From an uncultured delta proteobacterium (GTDB lineage: Bacteria > Desulfobacterota > Desulfuromonadia > Desulfuromonadales > BM103), in the NCBI GenBank assembly GCA_963715335.1, contig CAVQRZ010000001.1, positions 192,001-256,000 on the forward strand: a DNA stretch of 64,000 bases, in the 5' to 3' direction. Made by a program: the position numbers and the translations under genes. The notes beneath the pieces were generated by a model that was not told the DNA's origin, searched no databases, and saw only the letters and a list, made by a program, of their open reading frames with translations. Below, piece by piece: positions 19,201 through 29,871 of this stretch (positions are counted from its first letter, which is position 1; every line of letters starts with the position of its first letter).

Positions 19201-19698
19201 ATGAATACCGCCTACCTCGGGCTCGGCAGCAACCTCGGCAACCGGATGGCTTTTTTGCGAAGCGGACGCGATACGTTGGTGAACCGGCCTGATGTCGTTC
19301 TTGTCCGGACGGCTGGCGTGTATGAAACCGAAGCGGTAGGCGGTCCGCCGGAAAACCCTCTTTTCCTGAACACGGCGCTGCAGATAGAGACATCTCTGGA
19401 TCCCCAGCAACTGCTCGCAACCTGTCTGGCTGTCGAAGATGAATTCGGACGCTCCCGCCCGGTACGCTGGTCGCCGCGGACCTTGGACATCGACATCCTG
19501 TTTTACGCTGGCCAGGTCATTTGCGAAGAAAACCTGGCCATTCCACACCCCAGACTCCAGGAGCGCTCATTCGTCCTTGCACCTCTCCGGGAGATTGCGC
19601 CCGACCTCAGGCATCCGCTGCTTGACCAAACCATTAGCGAGCTGGCCGCCGGAAGCGCCGGCGTCGAGGAACTTGTGCCGATGCGCACAAATTGGTGA
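19201..19698 (+). CDS. folK: 2-amino-4-hydroxy-6-hydroxymethyldihydropteridine diphosphokinase
   Basis: AYLGLGSNLG, RWSPRTLDIDIL, IPHPRLQERSFVL. Confidence 0.95.
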   Translation: MNTAYLGLGSNLGNRMAFLRSGRDTLVNRPDVVLVRTAGVYETEAVGGPPENPLFLNTALQIETSLDPQQLLATCLAVEDEFGRSRPVRWSPRTLDIDILFYAGQVICEENLAIPHPRLQERSFVLAPLREIAPDLRHPLLDQTISELAAGSAGVEELVPMRTNW

Positions 19699-19703
19699 TT
19701 GAG

Positions 19704-19955
19704 ATGCTGGTTCGTCTGCTGATCTGGCTGATTGTCGGTTTCCTGGTTTACACGGTATTCCAGATGATCAAACAGGCCACGTTGAAGCCCCCCGGCACAC
19801 CGGCCGAGAAAACCGGTCGCGGAGAGGAAATGGTCCGGGATCCGGAATGCGGGACCTACGTGCCGCGCAACGACGCCATACCAACCCAGACAAAGAGCAA
19901 AACCTGCTATTTTTGCTCGACAGAGTGCCGGGACAAATACCTGGAACGCAGCTGA
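19704..19955 (+). CDS. Small membrane-anchored YHS/TRASH-domain protein
   Basis: N-terminal TM helix, MVRDPECGTYVP and YFCSTEC motifs. Confidence 0.8.
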   Translation: MLVRLLIWLIVGFLVYTVFQMIKQATLKPPGTPAEKTGRGEEMVRDPECGTYVPRNDAIPTQTKSKTCYFCSTECRDKYLERS

Positions 19956-20003
19956 TGGCTGTGGAACCTTTTGTACACAACCTGATAACTAAGGAGCGAA
20001 TAG

Positions 20004-20654
20004 ATGAAGTTTTTTATCGACACAGCTGACGTCAAGGAAATTGCGTTGGCAAATGAACTGGGCCTCGTCGACGGGGTGACCACCAACCCATCGCTGGTCG
20101 CCAAAAGCGGCCGGGACTTTCACGACGTGCTTAAGGAAATCATCTCGCTGGTCAACGGGCCGATTTCCGCGGAAGTCGTTGCAACAGACGCCGCGGGGAT
20201 GATCAACGAAGCTGGAGTCCTGGCGAAACTCGACCCCGAGAAGATTGTCATCAAGCTGCCCTTGACCGAAGAAGGGCTAAAGGCGACCAAGGCCTTGAGT
20301 CAGAAAGGGTTCAAGACCAACCTGACCCTGATCTTCTCCCCTCTGCAAGCACTGCTCGCAGCCAAGGCCGGCGCAACCTATGTCTCCCCATTCATAGGTC
20401 GGCTCGATGATATCGGCCACGAAGGGATGGAATGCGTCGAGCAGATCCGCACCATCTTTGACAATTACGGCTATGCCACAGAAATTATCGTTGCCTCGGT
20501 ACGCAGCCCGCAGCACGTCCTGCAAGCCGGGATGATCGGCGCCGACATCTGCACGATACCCTACAGTGTCATGCTGCAACTGGCCAAACATCCGCTCACG
20601 GACATCGGTCTGGAGAAGTTCCTCGCCGACTGGCAGAAACATGTTGCGAAATAG
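20004..20654 (+). CDS. tal: Transaldolase / fructose-6-phosphate aldolase family (short type)
   Basis: [40 protein letters not shown]. Confidence 0.93.
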   Translation: MKFFIDTADVKEIALANELGLVDGVTTNPSLVAKSGRDFHDVLKEIISLVNGPISAEVVATDAAGMINEAGVLAKLDPEKIVIKLPLTEEGLKATKALSQKGFKTNLTLIFSPLQALLAAKAGATYVSPFIGRLDDIGHEGMECVEQIRTIFDNYGYATEIIVASVRSPQHVLQAGMIGADICTIPYSVMLQLAKHPLTDIGLEKFLADWQKHVAK

Positions 20655-21540
20655 GCTTCTGCCCATACGTAGAAGATTCCTTCTACTCGCAGCAGTCCTG
20701 CTTTCAAGCACATGTTTCGCAACCGTTGCTTTGGCAGGAAGCACTGCCATGGAAGAAGCCGAACTATGGGCAGATGTCTCTGAAGAGATCAACGAGGCCC
20801 CGGGCTATGCAGACACCAAAGATGCTGATCGCAAATGGGCGATCAGCGTCGGAGTGGCCGCTCGCGTTGTCCCTGATTATGAGGGTTCAAACGACTACGG
20901 TTGTGATTTTGGTCCCAACATTTCTGCTGCCTGGCGGGACACGATCTTCTACAAGGGGAGAACCCTGGGCGCCAATCTCATCCGCAAGGAAAACTTCAAG
21001 GCCGGCGTGATTCTGGCCAAGGCTTCAGGACGCGATGAAGACGACAACGACAAACTGGAAGGGCTCGGCGACGTTGACGGTGGCCTCGAGGTCGGAGGGT
21101 TCGTTTCTTACAAGAACAAACCGTGGCGTTTCAAGGCAGAAGCCCGACAGGAAGTCGACTCCGGGCACGAAGGCGCACTGGTGGAGCTGAGCGCCGGCTC
21201 GGAACTGACGTTTGCCAAAACACGGGTTTTCATCGAACTCGGCACAACTTGGGCGAGTGACGACTACATGGAGAGTTTTTTTGGCATTGATTCACAACAA
21301 TCCGCAAACTCGGGCCTCGAAAGACACAGCGCGGAGGCAGGCATTAAGGATATCAATATCAGCGTTTCTGCCGGCTACCCGATTACCAATCGCTGGCGAA
21401 TCGGCGCGACGATGGAGTACAAAAAACTCCTGGGCGAAGCCGCAGACAGTCCCATCGTCGATGACAAGGACCAGTTTGTTGCCGGAATTGGTCTTTCCTA
21501 CCACATGGGCTCCAAGTACCTCCCGGAGGAATTCAGATAG
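20641..21540 (+). CDS. MipA/OmpV-family outer membrane protein
   Basis: Signal peptide, [32 protein letters not shown] motifs. Confidence 0.82.
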   Translation: MLRNRLLPIRRRFLLLAAVLLSSTCFATVALAGSTAMEEAELWADVSEEINEAPGYADTKDADRKWAISVGVAARVVPDYEGSNDYGCDFGPNISAAWRDTIFYKGRTLGANLIRKENFKAGVILAKASGRDEDDNDKLEGLGDVDGGLEVGGFVSYKNKPWRFKAEARQEVDSGHEGALVELSAGSELTFAKTRVFIELGTTWASDDYMESFFGIDSQQSANSGLERHSAEAGIKDINISVSAGYPITNRWRIGATMEYKKLLGEAADSPIVDDKDQFVAGIGLSYHMGSKYLPEEFR

Positions 21541-21798
21541 AAAGCAAACAGCACCTGGGCGCTGCTGTAGGGACACCTTAACTGTTTCACCGAACATGTC
21601 GCCCAAAGGGGCTATTATGACTCGGGGTGACAATCAGGACTATGTTTTGCGGTCCTATCTTTTAAAGAGTGTCATTCCCTTGAGGTTTATGTGGCCTAAA
21701 TTTGGCCATGAGATTCATGATGCATCCCTAAAAATCCCTGTTATAATAACCTTCATTCTTCACAGTTCACTTACATCAAAAAACATGGAGATCTCAGC

Positions 21799-22449
21799 AT
21801 GAAAAAATTGTTCGTTATGTTACTCGTTGTTTTGCTCCTAGCCGGCTGTACACCGCCGCAGAACAACCAGGAAAAAGGCACCCGCTACGGCGCCTTGGGC
21901 GGTGCTGCCGCCGGCGCCCTGCTTGGGCAGGTGATCGGTGGCAATACCAAGGGCACGCTGATAGGCGCCGGCGTCGGCGCTCTGGCCGGTGGCGTAATTG
22001 GCAACCAGGTTGGCAAAAGCATGGATGAACAGGAAGCCGCCATGCGTCGCGAGTTGGCTTCCGTCGAAGCGGCTAATATCCAGCGCAACGCTGACGTTCT
22101 GGCGGTCACCTTCAAGTCGGACTACCTGTTTGCAGTTGGTTCTGCCAACCTGAATGCCGGGGCTTTCGACGAGATCAGCCGGGTCAGCCGGGTCCTCAAC
22201 CAGTACCCAGACACCAACATCCAGGTTGCCGGGCACACGGACAGTACCGGTTCCGAAGAATTCAACCAGACTCTTTCGGTGAATCGTGCCGAAAACGTCA
22301 AGAATGCGCTGGTCGGTCAAGGGGTTAACCCCGGCCGAATCACTACGATTGGCTTTGGCGAATCGGCACCGGTCGCAGACAACAGCAGCGAATCCGGACG
22401 GCAGCTGAACCGGCGGGTTGTCATCACAATTAGACCCAATAATGCATAA
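21799..22449 (+). CDS. OmpA-family lipoprotein with glycine zipper (YiaD-like)
   Basis: Lipobox LLAGC, Gly/Ala zipper, GHTDSTG, NQTLSVNRA, NRRV. Confidence 0.9.
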   Translation: MKKLFVMLLVVLLLAGCTPPQNNQEKGTRYGALGGAAAGALLGQVIGGNTKGTLIGAGVGALAGGVIGNQVGKSMDEQEAAMRRELASVEAANIQRNADVLAVTFKSDYLFAVGSANLNAGAFDEISRVSRVLNQYPDTNIQVAGHTDSTGSEEFNQTLSVNRAENVKNALVGQGVNPGRITTIGFGESAPVADNSSESGRQLNRRVVITIRPNNA

Positions 22450-22477
22450 GATCGAACACCTTAAAGGAGAGAAGCAC

Positions 22478-22933
22478 ATGCGTATCAAATCTGTTTTGTT
22501 GACCCTCCTGTTGCTGGCCATTCCGTTCCTGTCGATGGCCGAGGATTCCAATGTTTTGCGCAAGCAGATCATGATGGATCAGAAAAGGTTGATCGTCATG
22601 GAAAACATGGACCTGACCGAGGCAGAAGGCCAGGCGTTCTGGCCGGTTTACGAGAAGCACCAGGAAGAGCTGTTCCAGGTCAATCAACGCGGCGCGAAAC
22701 TGATCCTGGCCTATGCCGCCGCCTACCAGACCCTGACCGATGAGCAGGCTTTGAAACTGATAGATGAATACTTTGACATCCAGGATGCACGCCAGCTGGT
22801 CATGAAGAAAATGGCGAGTGACGTGGGTAAAGTTCTGCCTGGCAAGAAAGCCTTCCGGTATCTGCAGATTGAATCGAAACTGGCGGCGATTGGCCGCTAC
22901 GAACTGGCGAAAGAGATTCCCCTGGCACAATAG
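22478..22933 (+). CDS. Hypothetical exported helical protein
   Basis: AAGGAG RBS, signal peptide, LTEAEGQAFWPVY motif. Confidence 0.7.
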   Translation: MRIKSVLLTLLLLAIPFLSMAEDSNVLRKQIMMDQKRLIVMENMDLTEAEGQAFWPVYEKHQEELFQVNQRGAKLILAYAAAYQTLTDEQALKLIDEYFDIQDARQLVMKKMASDVGKVLPGKKAFRYLQIESKLAAIGRYELAKEIPLAQ

Positions 22934-22940
22934 TCAAAGT

Positions 22941-22974
22941 GAGGATGCCCCGGACTTAGCTCCGGGGCATCTTC
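22941..22974. terminator. Stem-loop between convergent genes
   Basis: GAGGATGCCCCGGA-cttagc-TCCGGGGCATCTTC. Confidence 0.6.
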
Positions 22975-23133
22975 ATCGTCATGACAATTCTGAAACAACC
23001 GTCATTCCTCTTTGTATATGGACTTTCCCTTTATTTTTTAAGGCTTAACTTGATGGCTTGGCGCCTTGGTGGCTCGTCTTATCTGGTTATCGGACGTTTC
23101 AACAGGGAACACAAAGGCGTCCGTTCCCTCGCT

Positions 23134-24195
23134 CTAGTCATCACAACAACTGGCGGCTTTCCTGGAGACCCAGAACGCCCGCCCGATCAGAAACAGCAAC
23201 ACCACCGCCGCCAGGTTTCCCCAAACGCTCACGGCATGGGCCTCCGACGTGGTCATCCAGCGGCTGATATCCAGGCCGGCCCAGGCATAGAATTCATTGA
23301 CCAGCCAGCCGAGCACCAGCGAACAGCATGCTATCACGGACAGGTAAACCAGCGTTGCCCGGCGCCCCCAGAAGCGAGCGACGACCGTCAGGGTTGCGGC
23401 ATTAGTCGCCGGGCCCGCCAGGAGAAAGACCAAGGCTGCTCCCGGGGATAACCCTTTTAACACCAGCGCTGCAGCAATCGGTGTCGAAGCACTGGCACAC
23501 ATGTAGAGCGGAATGCCGATCAGCAGCATCAGCACCAGCGAAGCGGCCTGATATTCAAATAACATGGTAAAAAACCCATCCGGGACCAGTGCGGTTAACA
23601 ACCCCGCAATCAGCACCCCGAGCAACAGCCAGCCGCCGATATCTTTAAGCAGTTCACCGAACGCGTAACGAGTACCGTCGACAACCCGGGACGTCAACGA
23701 TGCTTTTTGCTTCTCCGCAGAGGCACAACAGGCGTCGGGGCAGTCACCGTCGCTTCGGACAATATCCAGTTCGGTCTTTTCTTCCGGCAGCAGACCGATC
23801 AAGATACCGGTAAGAGTTCCGGTGATAAAGGCGGCGATCGGTCTAACGACCGTCATGACCGGATCCAGCAAAGCCCAGGTGATGGCAATCGAATCGACGC
23901 CGGACTCCGGAGTCGACACCAGAAACGCCGCCGAGGGCCCGCGCCCCGCACCCTGCCTGCGTAAACCGATCGCCGCCGGGATTACGCCGCAGGAACAGAG
24001 CGGCAGGGGAACCCCCAGCAACGAGGCCTTGACCACTGCAGCAAACGAGCTGCCGCCCAGATGCCGGGCGACAGCATCATCAGGGAGCAAAGCCTTGATC
24101 AAGCCGGCGGCCAGAAAACCGAAGATCACATAGGGAGCGGCCTCGGTAAAGATATGCCAGGTCTCCATTATTAATCGTGTCACGAAATTTGTCAT
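23134..24195 (-). CDS. DUF318/ArsP-type permease (SO_0444-like Cu/Zn efflux family)
   Basis: PLPLCSCGVIP, TPESGVDS, PLYMCASASTP, GPATN; Cys-rich central loop and C-terminus. Confidence 0.85.
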   Translation of the reverse strand: MTNFVTRLIMETWHIFTEAAPYVIFGFLAAGLIKALLPDDAVARHLGGSSFAAVVKASLLGVPLPLCSCGVIPAAIGLRRQGAGRGPSAAFLVSTPESGVDSIAITWALLDPVMTVVRPIAAFITGTLTGILIGLLPEEKTELDIVRSDGDCPDACCASAEKQKASLTSRVVDGTRYAFGELLKDIGGWLLLGVLIAGLLTALVPDGFFTMLFEYQAASLVLMLLIGIPLYMCASASTPIAAALVLKGLSPGAALVFLLAGPATNAATLTVVARFWGRRATLVYLSVIACCSLVLGWLVNEFYAWAGLDISRWMTTSEAHAVSVWGNLAAVVLLFLIGRAFWVSRKAASCCDD

Positions 24196-24208
24196 GAACC
24201 CCTCTCGG

Positions 24209-24448
24209 TTATTGCCTCCCGTTAAAGGAGGTTGCGCGTCCGGCCAGGAGCTTGCCTGCGACCAGCAACAAGGGCGTTCCGTGCATCAAGAGATCGAAGA
24301 TATCGATCGGTTTGATCAACTGGCCAGCAACCAGCATCCGCAGTTTCTCCATCAGGTGCGGCTCCGGCCGAAAAGGCGCCAGGCCAAGGACGACTGCTAC
24401 GGGCAGCAGAAAAACCCAGGGGATTCTCGTAAGCAAACGGGCAATCAT
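24209..24448 (-). CDS. Small conserved membrane protein
   Basis: LGLAPFRPEPHLMEKL...PIDIFDLLMHG between two TM segments. Confidence 0.7.
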   Translation of the reverse strand: MIARLLTRIPWVFLLPVAVVLGLAPFRPEPHLMEKLRMLVAGQLIKPIDIFDLLMHGTPLLLVAGKLLAGRATSFNGRQ

Positions 24449-24567
24449 GATTCTCCTCTCGCCTCGACTCAAGACCTTATTCCTGAGAAGGCTGATTGAA
24501 CCGGTCCAACAAACAGGGTAAGCTGTTAACAGCTTGCAACACTCAACAACCGGTAGGGGACCATATT

Positions 24568-25032
24568 ATGAAATTATATCTGATGCAGCATGCGCTTGCC
24601 TACTCGTCCGAAGAGAATTCTGAAAGGGTGCTCAGTCCGGCGGGTGTTGAGCAGGCCAAACAGTCCGCACACGGCATCAGGCGCCTCGGACTGGAGTTTG
24701 ACCTGATTATGACCAGCCCCAAGCGTCGCGCAAAGCAGACCGCTGCACTGGTTGCTGAGGGAGTTCGCTACCCGTACAGTGATATTTTGACAACCGAAAC
24801 GCTCATGCCGGACCAGGAGCCTGATGCATTGCTCCAGCTCCTGCAAAGGGAATCGACCGACAGCAGCATTCTGATTGTCGGTCACCTGCCCCACCTGGCC
24901 CACCTGGCTGAAACCCTGACTCAGGGAGGGGACCTGATCTTCGAGAATGCCGGGTTGACCTGCCTGGAGATGACGGGTCCCAAAACCGCCAGCCTGGAAT
25001 TTCACCTGCAGGCGCGACACCTGACCATGTAG
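24568..25032 (+). CDS. sixA: Phosphohistidine phosphatase SixA family
   Basis: LYLMQHA, TSPKRRAKQTA, LIVGHLP. Confidence 0.85.
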   Translation: MKLYLMQHALAYSSEENSERVLSPAGVEQAKQSAHGIRRLGLEFDLIMTSPKRRAKQTAALVAEGVRYPYSDILTTETLMPDQEPDALLQLLQRESTDSSILIVGHLPHLAHLAETLTQGGDLIFENAGLTCLEMTGPKTASLEFHLQARHLTM

Positions 25033-25232
25033 GTCTGAATCACGGCGCATCGCCCATCTTGTCTCTGCGCCATGGGAGTTTTATCCGGACCGTATAGACG
25101 CTGAAGTCGCCGATTTTAGAATACCCCCTCAGCAAAGATCAACTTCAATAAATTTATCTGCTTACAGAATTTGCCTGTATCCTTTCTCCAGTAAAATAGC
25201 GTTTTGTTTTCCTGGCGGATTATTGTATAAAG

Positions 25233-25261
25233 AACGTTGCCTCATAATTTGAGGCGACGTT
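25233..25261. promoter_or_regulatory. Palindrome just downstream of a TATAAA -10 candidate, possible operator or leader hairpin of the DUF1302 cluster
   Basis: AACGTTGCCTCA-taatt-TGAGGCGACGTT (1 mismatch). Confidence 0.45.
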
Positions 25262-25310
25262 TTGCGTTTCTATGGTCAGAATATTTCTGCACATTTCAGG
25301 AGGTGACACG

Positions 25311-27355
25311 ATGGATCTGCAAGGATTGAAGCGTCACGGCCGGTTGGGTGTTGTCTTGCCTGTCCTGCTGGCAATGTTATGGGGGACACCGGCAGCGGCG
25401 TTCCAGTTCGACTTCGGGGAAGTAGAGGGGAGCCTGGACAGCACCCTTTCGTATGGCATGAGCTGGAGGGTGGCGGACCGCGACGATGATATCGTCGGCA
25501 CGGCCAATGGCGGCACAGCCTATTCCGTCAACGGTGACGACGGCAACCTGAATTATGATGACGGCAAGCTGATCAGCCAGGTCGCCAAGATCACCAGTGA
25601 CCTGACCCTCAATTACAAAGACTTCGGGCTGTTCGTACGTGGCACAGCCTTTTATGATTACGAAAATGAGGACCGGGACCGCGAGCGCACTGAATTATCA
25701 AATGACGCCCTCGACCTGGTCGGCAAGGACGCCAAGCTCCTCGATTCCTACGTCTGGTGGAACTTCGCGTTAGGCGACATGCTCGGCCAGATACGAGTCG
25801 GCGACCAGGTGGTGAGTTGGGGGGAGAGCACCTTCATCCAGAACAGCATTAACACCATCAACCCAATTGACGTAAGCAGCATTCGTCTACCGGGCTCCGA
25901 ACTCAAGGAAGCGCTGGTCCCGGTAGGGATGGTCTCGGCCTCGATTTCACCTACCGATTACGTGACGCTCGAAGGCTTCTATCAATACGACTGGGAAAAA
26001 ACCGAAATCGACCCGCCGGGCAGCTACTGGAGCACCAACGACTTCGCCGGCAAGGGCGGCAACAAGATCATGCTCGGCTTTGGCGACGTGTCAGATTTGG
26101 GGACCAGCTTTGCGGCGTTAGGCGGGACTATGGGACAATTTTAGGGGTCGACACCTTTCGAAAAAGATTTCCTCGCGGTGAAACGGATTGGCGACGACAA
26201 TCCTTCCGATGATGGCCAGTTCGGTTTGGCCATGCGCGTGGTTGTGCCGCAATTGAACGAAACCGAATTCGGCTTCTACTTTATTAACTATCATAGCCGC
26301 CTGCCGATCATCAGCGGCAGGACGGGAACCGCAGGCCGGGGTCGATGCTGCACAGCAAGTATTGGACCACTGCGGTGACGCCCAATGTTGCGCCTTATCC
26401 GGTGGCAGTCAAGTACTCTCAGGCTCTCCTGACCCATCGCAGATCCTGGGCCAAAGTGCGCGCCGTCAAAACAATCGGCAGCATCGCGCTCAACGAGTAT
26501 TCCCAGACGGCAAACTACTTCCTGGAGTACCCGGAAGATATCAAGCTCTATGGCGTCAGCTTTAACACCCAGCTGAGCGGCATCGGCATGGCCTTGCAGG
26601 GCGAGTACTCATACCGTGATGATGTGCCGACTCCAGGTCGATGATGTCGAACTGCTGTTGGCAGCTTTGTCGCCAGTCAGCGCAGTTACCTCTCCAGTCG
26701 TTGGCGGACTTATCGCCCTATGCAGCGTATACCGACAATCAAATCGGGGTTTACACACCGGACATGGTTATTCACGGTTATGAAGAACTCGACATTTCCC
26801 AGGTGCAAATGACCGCGACCCAGACCTTCGGCCCGACCTTCGGCGCCGACCAGTTTGTCATGGTCGGTGAAGTCGGCGTGACCCATGTCCATGACATGCC
26901 CTCCAAAAACAAGAACCGCTTTGAAAGCCCGGCCACCTATGTCACCGGCAACCCGACCCAGGCCTGGGGACCTGCCGTCCGGATCCAGACAATACGGACC
27001 CTGCGGCAAGCCCTTGGCGGAGCCCATTCAGGAAAACCGGCAGAACCCAGTGATGCCTTTGCTGATGCAACCTCCTGGGGTTATCGCGCGGTTGCCAGGC
27101 TGGATTACAACAATGCGATTGGTGCCGTAAGCCTTTCGCCACGGATTGCCTGGTCCCATGATGTCGATGGCAACTCTCCTGGCCCCGGTGGCAACTTCCT
27201 CGAAGGATCGCAAAGCGATCACCTTCGGTCTCGGTGCCAGCTACCTGAGCACCTGGTCAGCGGATCTGAGCTACACCGACTTCTTCGGTGCCAACCAATA
27301 CAACCTGATCAACGACCGGGATTTCGTGGCTTTCAACATAAAGTATTCCTTCTAA
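25311..27355 (+). pseudogene. DUF1302-family outer membrane protein broken by several indels (pseudogene or sequencing error)
   Basis: Consecutive fragments (NGDDGNLNY, QVVSWGESTF; YFINYHSRLP; EYPEDIKLYGVSFNT; SWGYRAVARLDY; DRDFVAFNIKYSF) fall in different frames, with an in-frame TAG at 26142. Confidence 0.8.
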
Positions 27356-27375
27356 TCCTTTAAGGAGGGAGAAGA

Positions 27376-28737
27376 ATGAAAAATCTGACTATCAAGACAT
27401 CGATACTTATCATGGCCGGACTATTCCTCGCAGGTCCGGGCTTTGCGGCCATCACGGCCGATCAGGCCGCTCGTCTCGGCCAGGACCTCACGCCGATGGG
27501 CGGCGAAAAAGCCGGCAACGCCAGCGGCACGATCCCGGCCTGGGAAGGCGGCATCACCGCCCCGCCGGCAGGCTATCAGAAAGGGATGCATCACCCCGAC
27601 CCCTTTGCTGCCGACAAGGTGCTCTTCACCATAACAGCCGACAATATGGGTCAGTATGCCGACCAGCTGACCGTCGGCCAACAGGCGATGCTCAAAGCTT
27701 ATCCAAGCTACAAGATGAACGTCTATCCGCCCCATCGCAGCGCCTCGGCACCACAACGCATCTACGATGCCACCAAGGCTCTTGCCACCAAGGCTGAGCT
27801 GGCACCAGGCGGCAACGGTGTGCTCGGCGGCGTTAACGGCATTCCCTTCCCGATACCGCAAAACGGCACCGAGGCGATCTGGAACCACATCCTGCGCTGG
27901 CGAGGGAACGCCTTCGACCGCAACTTCGGCGTTGCCCCGATGACCCGCAGCGGCGACTACACCATGGTCGAGTTCAACGAAAAGGGCGACTTCCGCTACA
28001 GCCAGGAAGGGATGACCGAGGAAAAGCTGGAAAACGTCATCGCCATGTTCAAACAGGAGATCTTTGCCCCGGCCCGGGTTGCCGGCCGCATCCTGCTGGT
28101 TCATGAAACGCTCGACCAGAACAAGGAAAACCGCCGGGCCTGGCTTTACAACCCCGGCCAGCGCCGCGTGCGTCGCGCACCGAACGTTGCTTTTGATAAC
28201 CCCAAGGAAGGCGGCGACGGCCTGACCACCAGCGACACGGTCGACATGTACAACGGCAGCCCCGAGCGCTACGACTGGACCCTGGTCGGCAAGAAGGAGC
28301 TTTACGTCCCCTATAACAGCTACCTGCTGCACAGCGACCAGCTCAAGTACAAGGACATCCTGACCCCGCTGCACCTGAATCCAGAATACCTGCGCTACGA
28401 ACTGCACCGCGTCTGGGTGGTTGACGCAACCCTCAAGGAAGGGATGCGCCACATTTACAAGAAACGCACCTTCTACATCGACGAAGATTCCTGGCAGATC
28501 CTCGCCATGGACCAGTACGACAGCCGCGACCAGCTCTGGCGGGTTTCCGAGGGGCACTGCATCAACTACTACGAGGTGCCGACTTTCTGGTCGACCGTTG
28601 AGGCCCACTACGATCTGCAGTCAGGTCGCTATATCGCCATCAACCTCAACAATGAGCATTCAGAGTATAATTTCGATGTATCATTCGACAACAGTGAGTT
28701 TACCGCAGCGGATCTGCGCCGTTCCGGCAAACGTTAA
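27376..28737 (+). CDS. DUF1329-family periplasmic protein (LolA-like sorting fold)
   Basis: LTPMGGEKAGN, GIPFPIP, AWLYNPGQRRVRRAP, RYELHRVWVV, YIDEDSW. Confidence 0.9.
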   Translation: MKNLTIKTSILIMAGLFLAGPGFAAITADQAARLGQDLTPMGGEKAGNASGTIPAWEGGITAPPAGYQKGMHHPDPFAADKVLFTITADNMGQYADQLTVGQQAMLKAYPSYKMNVYPPHRSASAPQRIYDATKALATKAELAPGGNGVLGGVNGIPFPIPQNGTEAIWNHILRWRGNAFDRNFGVAPMTRSGDYTMVEFNEKGDFRYSQEGMTEEKLENVIAMFKQEIFAPARVAGRILLVHETLDQNKENRRAWLYNPGQRRVRRAPNVAFDNPKEGGDGLTTSDTVDMYNGSPERYDWTLVGKKELYVPYNSYLLHSDQLKYKDILTPLHLNPEYLRYELHRVWVVDATLKEGMRHIYKKRTFYIDEDSWQILAMDQYDSRDQLWRVSEGHCINYYEVPTFWSTVEAHYDLQSGRYIAINLNNEHSEYNFDVSFDNSEFTAADLRRSGKR

Positions 28738-28756
28738 TCACGCGTTACGTTAACTG

Positions 28757-28785
28757 ACGGCCGGGCCTCTGGTCCGGCCGTTTTG
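28757..28785 (+). terminator. Intra-cluster stem-loop / possible intrinsic terminator
   Basis: ACGGCCGG-gcctctggt-CCGGCCGT followed by TTTG. Confidence 0.5.
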
Positions 28786-28929
28786 TCTTGAACGGATATG
28801 GCGTGCACGACCTGAGCTCGAAAACTTCTGGACTCAACCTCCCGACTCCCCCTGCTGACAGGTCTGACTCTGCTTGTCCTCGTCCACACTCACTCCCCGG
28901 TCCCGGCTCTGGCCACGGAGAGTCAAGTC

Positions 28930-29871
28930 ATGCCGCTGGCAGACAAATCTTTATTGCTTGACGGACAACTGATCGGCGACAGAATCATCGTGGTCGGTGA
29001 ACGGGGACACGTCCTGGTCTCCGAGGACAACGGCAGCTCATGGCAGCAGCAGCCGACGCCGACCCGGGCGACCCTGACCAGCGTGTTCTTCATTGACCCG
29101 GCCAACGGCTGGGCGGCAGGCCACGACAGCCTGATCCTGCGGACCAGCGATGGCGGGAGGCGCTGGCAGGAGGTTTACAGCGCCCCGGAGGATGAGCGAC
29201 CGATCCTTGACCTCTGGTTCAAGGACGCGATCCACGGCTACGCAGTCGGTGCCTACGGGCTGTTTCTGGCGACCCATGACGGCGGCAGGAACTGGGCCCC
29301 TGTCGAGTTTAATCCCGCCACCCTGGTCCTTGACAACGTCGATCGTGATGACCCCTGGGGCGAACAGGAGGAGGAAGAGGTCTGGGTCGACTTTCACCTC
29401 AACCAGATTTCGGCGACGGACAATGGCCGGATCCTGATCGCCGCCGAAGCAGGCAAAATCTACCGTTCGGACGACGGTTGTCGTTCCTGGATCAGTCTGC
29501 CGTCCCCCTACGAAGGCTCTTTCTACGGCAGTCTCCCCCTGGGTCGGGGAAAAGTCTTGCTGTTCGGTCTGCGCGGCCACCTGTTCTTTTCCGAAAACAC
29601 CGGGACCAGCTGGGTCGCCGTTGAAGGCAACACCCAGGCCACCTTGAACGATGGCATTCAGCTGAACGATGGCCGGATCGTCCTGGCAGGACTGGCCGGC
29701 ACGCTGCTGATCAGCGAGGACCAGGGGCAAAGTTTTCAACTGTACGCCCAGGCAGACCGCGCCGGCATTGCCAGGGTGCTCCAGGCCAACGACGGTTCCC
29801 TGATCCTGATCGGCGAGATGGGCGTCAAGCGTCTCAACCTGCCAGAATTCAGCGAGGAGGTGGAGAAATGA
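28930..29871 (+). CDS. YCF48/BNR-repeat beta-propeller protein
   Basis: VVGERGHVLVSEDNGSSW, TSDGGRRW, THDGGRNW, SDDGCRSW Asp-box repeats; true start probably upstream (in-frame signal-like segment 28816-28929). Confidence 0.87.
   Translation: MPLADKSLLLDGQLIGDRIIVVGERGHVLVSEDNGSSWQQQPTPTRATLTSVFFIDPANGWAAGHDSLILRTSDGGRRWQEVYSAPEDERPILDLWFKDAIHGYAVGAYGLFLATHDGGRNWAPVEFNPATLVLDNVDRDDPWGEQEEEEVWVDFHLNQISATDNGRILIAAEAGKIYRSDDGCRSWISLPSPYEGSFYGSLPLGRGKVLLFGLRGHLFFSENTGTSWVAVEGNTQATLNDGIQLNDGRIVLAGLAGTLLISEDQGQSFQLYAQADRAGIARVLQANDGSLILIGEMGVKRLNLPEFSEEVEK

Noticed and set aside
24568..24600. SixA QHA instead of RHG/RHA as evidence of inactivation
   Set aside because: Catalytic His and downstream motifs are retained; this variation alone is insufficient
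26142..26144. In-frame TAG as pyrrolysine or readthrough in the DUF1302 gene
   Set aside because: Better explained by two compensating indels in T runs; the gene has further frameshifts and no pyl genes are visible
28813..28815. In-frame TGA as selenocysteine
   Set aside because: It falls in a would-be signal peptide with no redox motif and no evident SECIS hairpin
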